Shown piece by piece: positions 51,022-64,000 of a DNA stretch of 64,000 nt (the first letter of the stretch is position 1; every line of letters starts with the position of its first letter). Source of the stretch: Octopus sinensis (taxonomy: Eukaryota); contig NC_043017.1 in NCBI RefSeq assembly GCF_006345805.1, positions 7,378,001-7,442,000 of the forward strand, read 5' to 3'. Position numbers and translations under genes: made by a program. The notes under the pieces were generated by a model. That model worked only from the letters and a program-made list of their open reading frames with translations, searched no databases and was not told the DNA's origin.

Positions 51022-52488
51022 TGTCATCATTCAAGGTATATGTCCCTTATTGCAATGGATTGGTTAATTGACAAGATCTGATGAACCCAAGAGTTGCATT
51101 GTTATTCAGTGTCTGTTTTGTCATGGTTTCTATGGCTGGATGACCTTCCTAATGCCAATCACTTTACAGAGTGTCCTGGGTATTTTTTTTCTTCTTCTTT
51201 GTGCTACTTGTACTAATATGGTTACCATGCAAGCTGGAAAGTGTGCAGAACTCAAGGAGGTGGGTGGGGGACATCTCTGCTTGTTGAGTGTGAAAGTGCG
51301 AGAGAAGGGTTGGATCTCATATATGTACGTATACACATATTCATACATGATGGGTGTCCACACAGTCCCTGTCCACAAAATCCACTCACAAAGCATTGGT
51401 TGGGCTAGGGCTATAATAGAAGAGACATATTCAAAAGTGCTGCACTGTGGGACTGAACCTGGAACCGTGTCACCACAGACTTCTTAGCCACACAGCCATG
51501 CCTTCTCCTATGACCATTGATCATTCTGGAGCTATAATAAAATAACAACTTGCCCAAGGTGCCATGCAGTGAGACTGAACCTGAAACCACATGGTTGTGA
51601 AGCAAATATATAACCTCATTTTCCATTCTGTATTCTTTGCAAGGGAGAGAAGCCTTACTGGACGTCTTCGACACTCTTCTCTCTTTCCATCATTAAATAA
51701 TTACAAACACAACACTTCATCATTTTCTGTATTTTTTTCTTTTATAATTCAATTTTTTAAATTTAATATTTATCCTCTCAATAATAATGAAAAACCAGCC
51801 TGTCCATTTGAGAGATTTCATTTCCTCCTCTGTGTGACGTGTTCTATAGAATTAAACGCATAAAAGTACTTGAAAGAGTTTATCCAAATAGACAAGGACG
51901 CTTGGACAGATTGATGGATTCCTTTTCTTCTTTCTTTCTATTTTGATATTTGGATTAAAAAAAAAAAAGAATTTGAAAACAATTCATAGAATATTTCACT
52001 TTTACTGTTGTTTCAGTCTTTGAACTGCAGCCAGGTTGGGGCACTTCTTTGAAGGGTTTTAGTTGAGCAAATCAATCCCAGTCCTTGCTTTTTGTTTTGT
52101 TTTTTAGGGTTTTTTTTTTCAAGTCTGGTACTTACTTTATATTGGTCTCTTTTGTTGCATTTGCTAGGCTACAGGGACATAAACAAACCAATGCCAGTTG
52201 TCAAGTGAGGTGGGAACAGTGCTAAACACACACACACACACAATGGGTTTCTTTCGGCTTCCTTTCACCACATTCACTCACAAGGCTTTGGTTGGCCCCA
52301 GAGCTATTGTACAAGACACTTGCCAATGTTTCTAATCTTCTGCAAAACCATGTCTGGCAAAGGGGGAAATATTAACCTTGTCTGGAAACGGGTAGGGATC
52401 AACAACTGGAAGAGCATCCTGCTGCAGAAAATCTGTGTGAATTACGTCTGACTTGTACAAGACTCATACAAGCATGAGAAAGTGGTCA

Positions 52489-52948
52489 TTAAACCTTTCA
52501 ATACCAGCCCGGCTGAAACCAGCTCTGGCTCTGTAAAACAAATGTCTTGTTCTCAAAAGTTCTGAATTAAAATTTATGTTCTTGTCACTAGCTTAATGAT
52601 AACTAAGTTATTTTACTAAATTCTTTGTTATATTTAAAATTAATTGAAAGAAACACAGTGCATCTCAAAATAAATACGGTAATGAAAGGGTTAAAATATA
52701 TAATAGAGAAACAATTCTTAACCCTTTTGATATCATCCCGGATGAAACCGCTTCTGACTCCATAGTACGAATGTCTTGTTTTCATAAGTTTTGAATTAAA
52801 ATCTTCCACCAAACCTTAGTCACAATTTATGTTCCTGACACTAGCTGAATGATAACTAAGTTATTTTACTAAATTCTTTGTATATACTTAAAATGAATTG
52901 ACAGAAACACAGAGCATCTCAAAGTAAGTATGGTTACAAAAGGATTAA
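52489..52948 (+). mobile_element. two adjacent family 1 piggyBac-like MITEs (52489-52694 and 52718-52948)
   Basis: Each is bounded by TTAA and (A/C)CCTTT...AAAGG(G/A) ends, with homologous bodies. Confidence 0.85.
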
Positions 52949-52976
52949 ATGATGATTATATATTGTGTGCATCACC

Positions 52977-53010
<34 letters not shown>

Positions 53011-53227
53011 TCATCATTTAATGTCCATTTTTCGTGCTGTCATGAGTTGGACAGTTCAGCAGGAGCTGGCAAAACAGGGGACTGCACCAAGCTCCCATGT
53101 CTGCTTTGACATGCTTTCTAGAACTGAATGCCCATCTTAACAACAAGGATATACAAGTATAAACTGGTGCTTCAAGTTATGCCTCTTTACCAAATAATAA
53201 TGATAATAAAAATAATAATAATAATAA

Positions 53228-53680
53228 TCCTTTCTACTGTAGGCACAAGGCCTGAAAATGGGGGGAGGGGGATAGTTGATTACATCGACCCCAGTACTTA
53301 GCTGGTACTTGTTTTATTGATCCTGAAAGGATGAAAGGCAAAGTTGATCTCAGCAGAATTTGAACTCAGAACAAGAAGACAGGTGAAATACCACCAAGCA
53401 TTTCACCCAGCATGCATACAATTCTGCCAGCTCACCACCTTAATAATAATAATAATAATAATAATAATCCTTTTTACTGTAGCACAAGGCCTGAAATTTT
53501 GGGGGAAGGGACTAATCGATCACACTGACCCCAGTGTTTCACTGGTACTTAATTTATGGACCCTGAAAAGATGAAAGGCAAAATCAACCTAAGTGGAATT
53601 TGAACCCAGAATGTAAAGATGGATGAAATGCCGCTAAGCATTTTGTGCAGCGTGCTAATGATTCTGCCAGCTTCTCACCG
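53228..53680 (-). mobile_element. two tandem family B SINEs separated by (AAT)n
   Basis: Both contain GAAAGGATGAAAGGCAAA..GA.CT and GAATTTGAAC. Further minus copies at 20383-20555 and 35405-35622. Confidence 0.8.
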
Positions 53681-53975
53681 TAATAATATTAATGATAATA
53701 ATTGTTTTCCTCCCACAGACATCAATATTTTCAATTGCACCTCACCTGTTAGCACCTTCAGTCGCAAAACTTTGTTGTCCCTTGATGTCTCTGGATCAAA
53801 ATAATCGACTAGAATCCCCAGGGTACTTTAAGTCAATGTGAGAAAGATTTGAACTCATAACCTGTGAGGAACTTAAACAATAATGAGTAACTTAATTGAT
53901 CTGGGTCAGAAATTTTATCAAAATATCAGGTCAAGAACTGGATCAATTGCAATTGGGGGAAATATTAAGTGCAAA

Positions 53976-53977
<2 letters not shown>

Positions 53978-54031
<54 letters not shown>

Positions 54032-54232
54032 GTATTATTATTATTAGTAGTATTATTATTATTATTATTATTATTAGTATTAGTATTATTATTATTATCA
54101 TTATTATCATTATTATTATTATTATTAGTGGTGGTAGTATCAACATCGTTATTATTATTATAATTATCATTATTATTATTAGTAGTAGTAGTAGTATCAG
54201 TAGTGGTTGGTGTATCATTATTATTATCATTA
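53978..54232. repeat. (ATT)n microsatellite
   Basis: Directly visible; source of the poly-I, poly-N and poly-L ORFs. Confidence 0.95.
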
Positions 54233-55344
54233 TTTGATGGACCTGTGTTTTGGAAGAGACAAGATACAGCTGATGTAAAGGAGAGAAGGAAGAGAGAAAG
54301 GGAGGGAGAGGAAGAAGAAGGGAGTGGTAGAGAGAAGAAAATAAGAGAGAGAGCATGGAACAAAGATACGAAGAAGAGAAGAGGAGGTTGGAGTTGAATG
54401 GGGAAGGGAGAAAGATGGGGGAGGGGGTCGAGTGAAAGAAAGTAGGGGAGCTTGTAAAAGTGGAGAGGAGATAGATGTTGTAAAACGCCTACCTTCTCAA
54501 ACTATTCCTTAATTTTAGTAAATGAGGAATTAACTATAATTTAATTTTTTTCTTGACATTTTTAATTTAAATTTATTTTGACAAAATTTATTTAATATTT
54601 CGTTTAATTACACTTCATATTTTTTTACAAATATTTATCTCTTGCTCTCTCTCCCAGGCTATTTTATTTGATTATAGTTCATTAAAGTTCAGTTTTAACT
54701 AACGACCATTTAATTAACCACTTACAAATGATGACATTATCCAACTGTTTTCTTTCTGTAGCGTTTTTTTTTTTTTCCCCCCCTCCATCACCATTTAAAG
54801 AAAGTTAGTGAAGATTAATTGCTCACTGTTAAAAGGTTATCAGATGAAAGACTCAGCAGAAAATTACTGGGAGCAATTTTCTTCAGGAAGATAGATACAG
54901 ATTTTTGGAGAATAAGGAAGAAGGGGAAGAAAAAAAAGAAAAAGAAAAAAAAAAAAAGAAAAACCCATTTTAGAATTAGGAACAAACAGACCCAGATTTT
55001 AGAACCAGGAAGAAAGACATACATTTTACGAATTAAAAATAGACACAAATTTTAGAATTAAGAGAAAGAAAGAAGAGAGACAGATTCTAGAATGACTTAA
55101 TGAAAAATTAGTTACTCTTAACAGCTAGTTTGGTAATTGGTGGTTTTTATGAGACTGATGGTAGTGGTGGTGGTGATAGTGGTGTTTGAAAGAGTGGTGA
55201 GAGTAGTGAGAGCAGTGGTTGTGGTAGGGGTGATAGTAGTGGTTGTCATCATCATCAGCATCATCATCACTTTCATTATCACCCTCACTACCCCTATTAT
55301 CACCACTACCACTCTTGTAATGATATCACTGCTACTACCCAGTC

Positions 55345-55376
<32 letters not shown>

Positions 55377-55711
55377 AATTATAATCAGGTACTCCCTGCT
55401 CCCAAAATTCCGTTTATAAAAACTAACCGAATTCAAATGAAAGTTTGAAGTGAATTGAGCAGTATTCTGGTCCAGATGTATGATACATGTTTGTGCAAAT
55501 ATGATACACAATCTCCACATGGAGAAATTTAACCATTGAAATATAAGATCTGGAAATAAAGATAACCAGAATGTGAAGACTGAAAAGAGAAATAATCAGA
55601 AGGTGAAGATGTGTTTCAGATGAATTTTTTTTTATATTCACAGGCATGGCTGTGTAGTTAAGAAGCTCACTTTGTAACCACACAGTGTCCTAATTATAAA
55701 ATAACAAGTAT

Positions 55712-56011
55712 TTCTATTTCGATTGTGGCCGTTGCCAGCCTCGTCTGGCCCCGTGCCGGTGGCACGTAAAAAGCACCATCCGATCGTGGCCATTTGCCAG
55801 CCTCGTCTGGCACCTGTGCAGGTGGCATGTAAAAAGCACCCACTACACTCACAGAGTGGTTGGCGTTAGGAAGGGCATCCAGCTGTAGAAACACTGCCAG
55901 ATCAAACTGGGCCTGGCGCAGCCTTCTGGCTTCCCAGACCCCAGTTGAACCGTCCAACCCATGCTAGCATGGAAAACGGATGTTAAACGATGATGATGAT
56001 GATGATGATGA
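55712..56011 (+). mobile_element. RTE-type 3'-tail copy
   Basis: Near-identical to 14200-14490, with a (GAT)n end. Confidence 0.85.
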
Positions 56012-57045
56012 TTGAAGTAAAGGAGTTTTAATTATAATTTTTTTCATTTTAACCTATTTTCTATCATCTGTGAAAATTTTAAAGTAATATTCAGAAATTT
56101 AAGTACTCTGGGACTTAATGGGTTAATGGACAAGAATTTAAAAGCTCAACAAAAGAAGTGGGTTGACAACAGGTATTTTGTATCTTAGGGAACATTAACT
56201 GTTGCTGTGTATGTATAAGCATTTGTTTGTGGGTTGTTATCTGTGGCTAAGTGGTTAGTGTGTTTGGTCCATGGTTGTAATTTGATACCTGGCACACATT
56301 ATGTCCTTGAGCAAGACACTTTATTTCATGTTACTACAGTCCACTCAGTTGGCAAAGAAGAGTTGTACCTCTATTTCAAAGGGCCAACCTTGTTGCATTC
56401 CGTGTCATGCTGAATATCCCTCAGAACTATGTTAATGGTATGCATGTCTGTGAAGTGGTCATCCACTTGCACAGCAAATCCATGAGCAGGCTGTTCCGTT
56501 GATCAGATCAGCTGGAACCCTGATCATCATAACTGATAGAGTACCAGCGCACCATCTATCTGTGTGTATCTGTATGTGTATGTATAATCAGATATGAGTT
56601 GTTCCTTATTTGTACATTTACATCTAAAGACAAGGACGTGATGCTGTGGACTGAATCCATGTTAGAACTATTCTTAGTTTGTGAATCTGAGGAGAGAATA
56701 TTTTTGAGATCTTCTTCAAGTCTATCTCTTTGTTCTTCTGTGTTATTCTAAACGACTCTGCCATCCACACATCCTGCAATATACGATGTGGTTATGTTTA
56801 GAAATAGCTTTGTTTACGACAGTTGTTGTTGCTTCACGTAAGCTCACATTGCAAATGTAAGCTTAAGTGGAGAACCTATCTCTCTCTCTCTCTCTCTCTC
56901 TTTCATATTCTCACTGCCTCTTAATTTCTGTCTCTCCCTCTCATACTCTCATTGCCTCTCTATTCCTCTCTGTACCTCAGCCATCATGAAAAAAAAAACA
57001 TTAGACACACACACACATATATATATATATATATTCAAATTTAAG

Positions 57046-57141
57046 TCTTGGGCAAGTGTCTTCTGCTATAGCCCCGGGCCGACCAATGCCTTGTGAGTGG
57101 ATTTGGTAGACGGAAACTGAAAGAAGCCTGTCGTATATATG

Positions 57142-57172
<31 letters not shown>

Positions 57173-57390
57173 TTGTGTGTCTGTGTTTGACCCCCTAGCA
57201 TCGCTTGACAACCGATGCTGGTGTGTTTACGTCCCCATCACTTAGCGGTTCAGCAAAAAAGAGACCGATAGAATAAGTACTGGGCTTACAAAGAATAAGT
57301 CCCGGGGTCGAGTTGCTCGATTAAAGGCGGTGCTCCAGCATGGCCGCAGTCAAATGACTGAAACAAGTAAAAGAGAAAAAGAGAAAAAAA
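57046..57390 (+). mobile_element. 5'-truncated young family A SINE
   Basis: CpG-rich and colinear with 38425-38748. Confidence 0.85.
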
Positions 57391-57564
57391 GAGGGTTGTC
57401 ACAACTGGAACACTTTGGATCATAGCTTTACCAGACCTAGGTTGAACTTAAGCAAAACAACAACAACAACAACCATAATAACAATAAGCACCATAAGACA
57501 TTCTTATCTGTCCAAGCCTACCATTTCTGCTATAATCTTTCAAATTTGTCTTAATTTTACATAC

Positions 57565-57715
57565 CAATTCTTTCTTTGGTTGTGAGACAATGTAGGAAGG
57601 AACTGGGGGTGGAGGTGGAGGGCAGGCTGAAGGGAAGGATGAAGGTGAAGAAGAAAGGATGCTGGGTTGCTTTCTGTTACTTAATGATGTAATAGAAAAT
57701 GACTTTGATCTCTTT
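57565..57715 (-). other. candidate coding exon (KRSKSFSITSLSNRKQPSILSSSPSSFPSACPPPPPPVPSYIVSQPKKEL)
   Basis: Acceptor catttactttcag and donor TTG|gtatgt; open frame within ORF 57448-57768. Low-complexity, with no recognised homology. Confidence 0.25.
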
Positions 57716-58096
57716 CTGAAAGTAAATGTGTTGCAACAGCACGTGTAGGATGCTGCGTGCGAAATCAAATTACAAACTGTGCACTTTGAAGTAGAGTGAC
57801 TGAAAGGATGTGAGGAGGACAGGTGAGGGGAAATGCCGGGGCAGGGTGGGGGTTGGGGGGGAGATTGAGGACGATGTTGAAATTACCAGGACACATTCAC
57901 AGGACATGTATAGGTTTTAATTAATCATTCTGAACCTTAATACAGGACTGATAGTTATTAATAGCTCCTAGTTATATTAATTTTACAGTATTAAACATAA
58001 CTTTAGTGTCTTAATCTCCTCCTCTCTCGGTCTATCTCTCTCCCTGCCTTTCTCTCTCTTTCCCTCAGTCTATTTGTCTATCTATCTATCTATCTA

Positions 58097-58607
58097 TCTC
58101 TATATAAACGACAGTTTGTCTGTCTGTGTGTCTGTCAGGTTGTACCCTCACCCTGACCACGGCTTTCAACCGATTCTGATGAAACTTGACACACACATAG
58201 CCCAATGTCATAATTCAAAACTAACGCAGCGAAAATTTTGAAAAGTTCCCCCAGTTCTGAAAAAAATCGATAAATTCAACATGGGGTCGAGAATCTAAGC
58301 TTTTTATTTGCAACACATTTTCTGTTGTAGTTTTCGCAACTTGCAATCGATTTTCACCAAACTCATGGTGAAGCTTAATGTTACCCTAAGAAACTTAATT
58401 CTGACGTTAGTTTTCCATGCAATACCTTACCATCAGAAAAAATCGATAAAATCATGCCATTTTGGGAAATCGCTTTCAAATTCAAGATGACATATTTTCG
58501 ACAATACCTTTCACAAATTGGCAGGAATTTTTTTAAAATTCACAGCGAGCATCATGTCTGCTCCAGGGGCTCTTACATACCCGGGCAATGCCGGGCTATG
58601 CTGCTAG
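58097..58607 (+). mobile_element. non-autonomous Helitron
   Basis: A|TC...CTAG|T termini with no TSD, subterminal hairpin CCCGG-GCAATG-CCGGG (58580-58595), and 5' TCTATATAAA plus (TGTC)n and CCGATTCTGATGAAAC. Confidence 0.8.
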
Positions 58608-58621
58608 TCTATAATAAATAA

Positions 58622-59037
58622 AGGCGGCAAGCTGGCAGAATCGTTAGCACGCCGGGCGAAATGCCTGACGGTATTTCGTCTGCCGTTATGTTCTGAGTTC
58701 AAATTCCGCCGAGGTCGACTTTGCCTTTCATCCTTTCGGGGTCGATAAATTATGTACCAGTTGCGCACTGGGGGTCGATGTAATTGACTTAATCCGTTTG
58801 TCTGTCCTTGTTTGTCCGCTCTGTGTTTAGCCCCTTGTGGGTAGTAAAGAAATAGGTATTTCGGCTGCCCTTACGTTCTGAGTTCAAATTCCGCCGAGGT
58901 CGACTTTGCCTTTCATCCTTTCGGGGTCGATAAATTATGTACCAGTTGCGCACTGGGGGTCGATGTAATTGACTTAATCCGTTTGTCTGTCCTTGTTTGT
59001 CCCCTCTGTGTTTAGCCCCTTGTGGGTAGTAAAGAAA
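58622..59037 (+). mobile_element. young family B SINE with ~185-bp internal tandem duplication
   Basis: GGTATTTCG...GTAAAGAAAT is present twice (~58670-58854 and 58855-59038). Confidence 0.9.
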
Positions 59038-59905
59038 TATATATATCTATCTATCTATCTTTCTACCTCATTTCTGTCAGTGAACTGCAGCCATGCTGGG
59101 GTACCATCTTGAAAGGTTCTTGAGCAAATCTTAGGCCAAACAACAATGACAGGTATTATAAGACATTCTTATCTGTCCAAGCCTACCATTTCTGCTATAA
59201 TCTCCCAAATTTGTCTTAATTTTACATACTAATTCTTTCTTTGATTGTGAGACAATGTAGGAAGGAACTGGAGGTGGAGGGCAGGCAGGAGGAAGGATGA
59301 AGGTCAAGAAGTACTTAATTTTCTTTTAGAATTTAGTTCTTTTCCTAGTGGTCTCTATTACAGGGATGTAAACAAACCAACACTTGTTGTCAATCAGTGA
59401 AAGGGGGACAAAAACACACACACACATGCAATGAGCTTCAACACAGTTTTCATCTACCAAATTCATTCACAAGGCATTGCTACAGAGTTCGCTTTATAAC
59501 CCTATGTTCTCAAGTTCTATCTCACTGCAATGCACCTGGGGCAAGTGTATTCTCTTACAACTAATCCTCCTCCTTTTTCCTCTTCTTCTTCAATAGTCAT
59601 GTTGTGATAAATCCCAAAGAGGAGTGGGATTAGCCATCAAGGGCCAATCAGGAGCTCCCCCAAATCCTGTATTACTCATTGTTGTCAAGGTAATCCTGAA
59701 TCTAGTAGAGTTCCTTGATTGGCCCTAGGTGACTGTCCTCTTCACTGTAGGGTTTCATGTTATATATTTTATGTCCCCTTATTTTCCATGCCTTTCATTC
59801 TCTCAAGGTTGATAAATTAAATAGCAGTGAAACAAGGGTCAATATAATCAACTTATCCCCTCCCTAAAATTTCAGGCCTTGTGCCTTTAGTAGAAAAGAT
59901 TATTG

Positions 59906-59937
<32 letters not shown>

Positions 59938-61059
59938 TTACTTTCAATCTGTATCTTTATTACAGTCACTTGCTGAGACACACCAAGCATCCTGGGGCGA
60001 GTGAAGGATAAGAGATATTACAGCATGACTGAAAGCTTGGGGAGGGGAGGTAGTGAAACATCTTCATGTAATACAACACAGACATTTAAACTGATAGGAT
60101 TTTTCTAAGGATGTGGACAGTACTTGTCAGCACAATCTTTTGGATTTCTCTGAGACATGGTTCTCCTGGGATCTTATCTAGATATTTCTGACATCCCTTT
60201 TTTTATCACACCTTATTATTATTATTGTTATCAAATTCTGCCAAGGTCAGCTTTGCTTTTCATCCTTTTGATGGGGTGGGGTGTCAATAAAATAAACATT
60301 GGTTAAGTACTGGCTTCTATAGAATCAACATACCCAACTCCCATCAGAATTACTGGCCTTGTGCCAAAATTAGAGCTATTACTATTATTATTAACTTCAA
60401 TATTGTAGATTGATAATCTATTCTGGACAGTTCTTTGTATTTCAGTTGAACCCTGTAGCAACATGGAGACGGGATTGTTGTTGTTATCGTCATTGGCTAT
60501 TTGCTTTAGTTAATTACTAATGAGGAAATTTATTCAAATAACATTGTTTCGTTCCAGCATGTTAAATTGTCTTCCGATGCTAATAATAACGAGCTGTATA
60601 AATTAGTGATTAGATACATTTAGTCGAACATTTCCCTGAGGAATATGTTAGAGATGAAACAAACATGTTCCATTACCTCACATTCCTGTCTATCATCGAA
60701 GCAAGAATGGTAAAAGTTCCACAGGCATTGCTGCAGTGTTATTGTTCCTGTTGCTGTTGTAATCTGGTGGATTCTAATGTTTACATATTTGGATAATGGC
60801 TTTCTGATAGCCAGTTGTTTTGTCTATTCTTTTTATATTTTTTTTTAATCTTATTTTATTTTAGGCATGGCTGTGTGGCTAAGAAGCATGCTTTGCAACC
60901 ATGTGGTTCTGGGTTCAGTCCCTGTATATGGAACCTTGGGCAAGTCTCTACTATAACCTTGTGAGTGAATTTGGGAGACAGAGACTATGGAAACCTGGTT
61001 TGTGTTTAAACTCCCCCCCCCCCCCCCAAATCATTTGTTTTTATAAGTGTCAAAATTTG

Positions 61060-61276
61060 TACTGAATGACACAAATTAGATTAGATTTGTTTTTGAATGC
61101 AGAATTGCTGTTAGAAGAACAGAAATGCTGGGTAAATTAAAATTACTCTTACAAAGTGGAAAAATTTGTCAACAACCAATCAAATTTTTCTGTTTTGTTT
61201 GGGTAATTTACCCAATATTTCTGCTCTTCTAACAACAATTCTGCATTCGAAGAAATATAATCAAATTTGTGTCATT

Positions 61277-61281
<5 letters not shown>
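61060..61281. repeat. foldback inverted repeat / palindromic MITE
   Basis: Arms of ~80 bp (61060-61139 and 61204-61281) with few mismatches, and an inner GAAAAATTTG/CAAATTTTTC pair. Confidence 0.85.
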
Positions 61282-61320
<39 letters not shown>

Positions 61321-62103
61321 CAGGATTCTTTCAGTTTCTGTCTACCAAATCCACTCACAAGGCTTTGGTTGGCTTGAGATTATAGTAGAAGACACTTGCT
61401 CAAGGTACCACACAGTAGGACTGAACCTGGAACCATGTGGTTGAGAAAGGTATAGTTTCCACTCAATGTATCCTCCCAAAAGAGAAAAAGAGAGAGTGTG
61501 TGTGTGTGTGTGTTATAAAGTAATTGTTATTAGTAAACCTACACTTGTGAGAGATTGGGCCTCACAACCTCTGCCTTCTTCTGCTCTGTTCAGATTTTAA
61601 AAATAATAACGAGAAAATTTATGAGCTGCTTGTCGACCCATCACCTCAGACAAATTTATGTTCCTTTGTTTTACACACACACACACACATATGCTCATAG
61701 TAGTTTTGTACACAGAAGGACTTTTAAGGATTAAAACAAACAACATTGGTTTGGAGTTTTGAAGGAGATTTATTTCCCCTGTCATTTGATGTCATACCCC
61801 CCCCCACACACACATACACACAAATGCTCTCTCTAAATCACAGGCTGGTAGTAGATTGGTTGGTCTGTTGGTCAGTGGGGTCGCTGGTTTGTTGGTCAAT
61901 CCATCAGTCAGTTGTAGGGTGGTTGGTGTTGGTTCATTGGTATGTCCAGTCACTCTCGGTTGGTTGTGTATGATTTATTTATTGCTATAAATGGTTCCTT
62001 ACATGGAGAGTTCTGGAAAAAGAACAAAGGAAACTAAAAACAAAGCAAAGAAGAAATTTATTATGATACACACCCTCACACATTTATACACACTACATAT
62101 GTA

Positions 62104-62151
<48 letters not shown>

Positions 62152-62207
62152 TACATATGTACAAATACACATACATACATGGTCCCAAAGTTATATATGT
62201 ATATATA

Positions 62208-62557
62208 GGTGCAGGAGTGGCTGTGTGGTAAGTAACTTGCATACCAACCACTTGGTTCAGTCCCACTGCTTGGCACCTTGAGCAAGTGTCTTCTACTATA
62301 GCTTCAGGCTGACCAAAGCCGTGTGAGTGGATTTGGTAGATGGAAACTGAAAGAAGCCCTTCCATATGTTTGTGTGTGTGTGTGTCCCACCCTACCAATG
62401 CTTGACAACCGATGTTGGTGTGTTTACATCCCCTAACTTAGTGGTTCAGCAAAAGAGACTGATAGAATAAGTACTAAGCTTCCAAAGAATAAGTCCTGGG
62501 GTTGATTTCTTCGACTAAAGGCGGTGCTCTAGCATGGCCACATGAAACATATAAAAG
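62208..62557 (+). mobile_element. family A SINE, full length
   Basis: Colinear with 2157-2537. Confidence 0.85.
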
Positions 62558-62591
62558 AATATATAAATATAATATATATTTAAGATATGTA

Positions 62592-62632
<41 letters not shown>

Positions 62633-63660
62633 TACACACACATATATTTGTTATAACAATACTGCAGTTTGTTTAGTCAGTGAGATATTGCTGATATTAA
62701 GTATATTGATTTTTGTCTATATTTAGATACCTCTTTCATTTCTTTTAGAGGTATGTTGTTGTTGTTAGCCTGCATTGGTGTATTGTTATCAAGAGATTGA
62801 ATGATTTATTTAAAAAAAAAACTTGGTTCTTTTTTCATATTGTTATGTCTTTTTATATATGTTTTTGTTGAAAAGTATTTGATAACAATGTCTGATCTTT
62901 TGTTTATCATTTCTGCTATTCTAGAAATTACTGAGTGCCTGAGTAAATTCCTTTAAGGCATTTTGCTACATTCTTTGCACACATGGCTATGTGCTTAAGA
63001 AATTTCCTTAATTTGTATGTGATTTAGAAGAGGCGTTAGTGCAGGAAGAAAATTTGCTTAGAGGGGGTGCAAGCTCAAATCCAAAATTTTTTGCAATATT
63101 TATATCAAAGCAAACACAGCTATAATAATAATAATCATAATCATAATTATTATTATTATTATTATTATTGTCATATTTGTGCATTAATCAAATCAGATAA
63201 ATCCTGTAATGAAAAAATAATGTTTTGAATCAGTCCACATATACTTAATGCATATACTTACATGTATTTGCTGATCAGCTGCTGTTGGCATGGTAGGGAA
63301 TACTCTCAAAGTGCTGCATATTAAAACCTCTTAGAGTCATCGACAGGCAAGATAACTCACCCTTAATCCCATCTAGGAGTGACAGACGTTGATGTTTAAC
63401 CATTTTTGTGGCTTGTCAACATCACATACCCAACTGGGATCAGAGACACCTGTCCATGACTCTCGGGTGTTCTAAATCCCAGTGCTTTGAATAAGTATTC
63501 TCCAGCTCACCTATAGCAGCTGACTGGAAAATCCACGAAGCTTATATAGGCTAAGTGTATATGGTTGATGATCCTTATTACTCTAGTGTTGCTTCTGTTT
63601 CATATTTGAATTTATCTTTATAGTTATTGTTGATTTCACTTCTCTGTTTTTTGTTCTTTG

Positions 63661-63722
63661 TTACCTCTGCCTTAGCGAAAGTGGAGGTATTGTTTCAGTT
63701 GCATTTGTTTGTGTGTTTGTCC
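63661..63722 (+). mobile_element. possible Helentron-associated (HINE/DINE-like) end fragment
   Basis: TACCTCTGC-CTTAGCGAAA-GTGGAGGTA short hairpin followed by TGTTT repeats. Confidence 0.3.
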
Positions 63723-64000
63723 ATCTAGTTTCAGCTCACGAGCTGCGGCCATGCTGGGGCACCGCCATTAAATAATAATAATAGTAGTAATGATGGTGAT
63801 GATGCTAATTGATAATCTTCTATTTGTTGTAGTGATGAATCCATGGATGTTTAGAAAATGCCTAGAACAACCAGATGACATTGCTTTTACAGTAGATACA
63901 GGTCAGTCACTTTTCTCTTGCTTTTTTTTCTTTTGTATTTCCTTTCCATGTCATATTTATTTCTCCTTACAGAGAGTGATTATTTGATCACCATCACTTT

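Noticed and set aside
58231-58245. CTGATGA...GAAA words in the Helitron (CTGATGAAAC at 58176, GAAA nearby)
   Set aside because: No stem I or II pairing; they are part of the common Helitron internal motif.
61594-61675. NEKIYELL peptide after an acceptor-like site, recalling the kinesin motif YNEKIYDLL
   Set aside because: The flanking residues do not match, there is no donor site, and the frame runs into (CA)n.

Overview
AT-rich, microsatellite-saturated eukaryotic DNA. The SINE families and (TA)n/(TG)n/(TCTA)n load look like an Octopus or other coleoid cephalopod genome; this is inference from repeat recognition, not a search. I cannot identify any intact protein-coding gene, and almost every ORF in the track is a microsatellite or repeat artefact. 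The window is intronic or intergenic. It is filled with tRNA-derived SINEs, RTE-LINE 3' tails, a 5'-truncated Tx1/L1-type LINE, piggyBac-, mariner- and pogo-type MITEs, a non-autonomous Helitron and local duplications. The most interesting signal is a Penelope-like element (PLE) and hammerhead-ribozyme assemblage. It comprises a decayed PLE RT/linker fossil (~48985-49640), a probable GIY-YIG fossil (~22725-22930), and four sequence-unrelated short elements carrying minimal type-I hammerhead motifs (5391, 13964, 19982, 43628). One of them (43429-43714) joins a tRNA-like Pol III head to a hammerhead, has a PLE-style inverted end and sits between exact 13-bp target-site duplications, so it is a candidate PLE-mobilised ribozyme SINE. 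A few weak minus-strand exon candidates and an old ~2.7-kb duplication with one unusually conserved 240-bp block are also noted.
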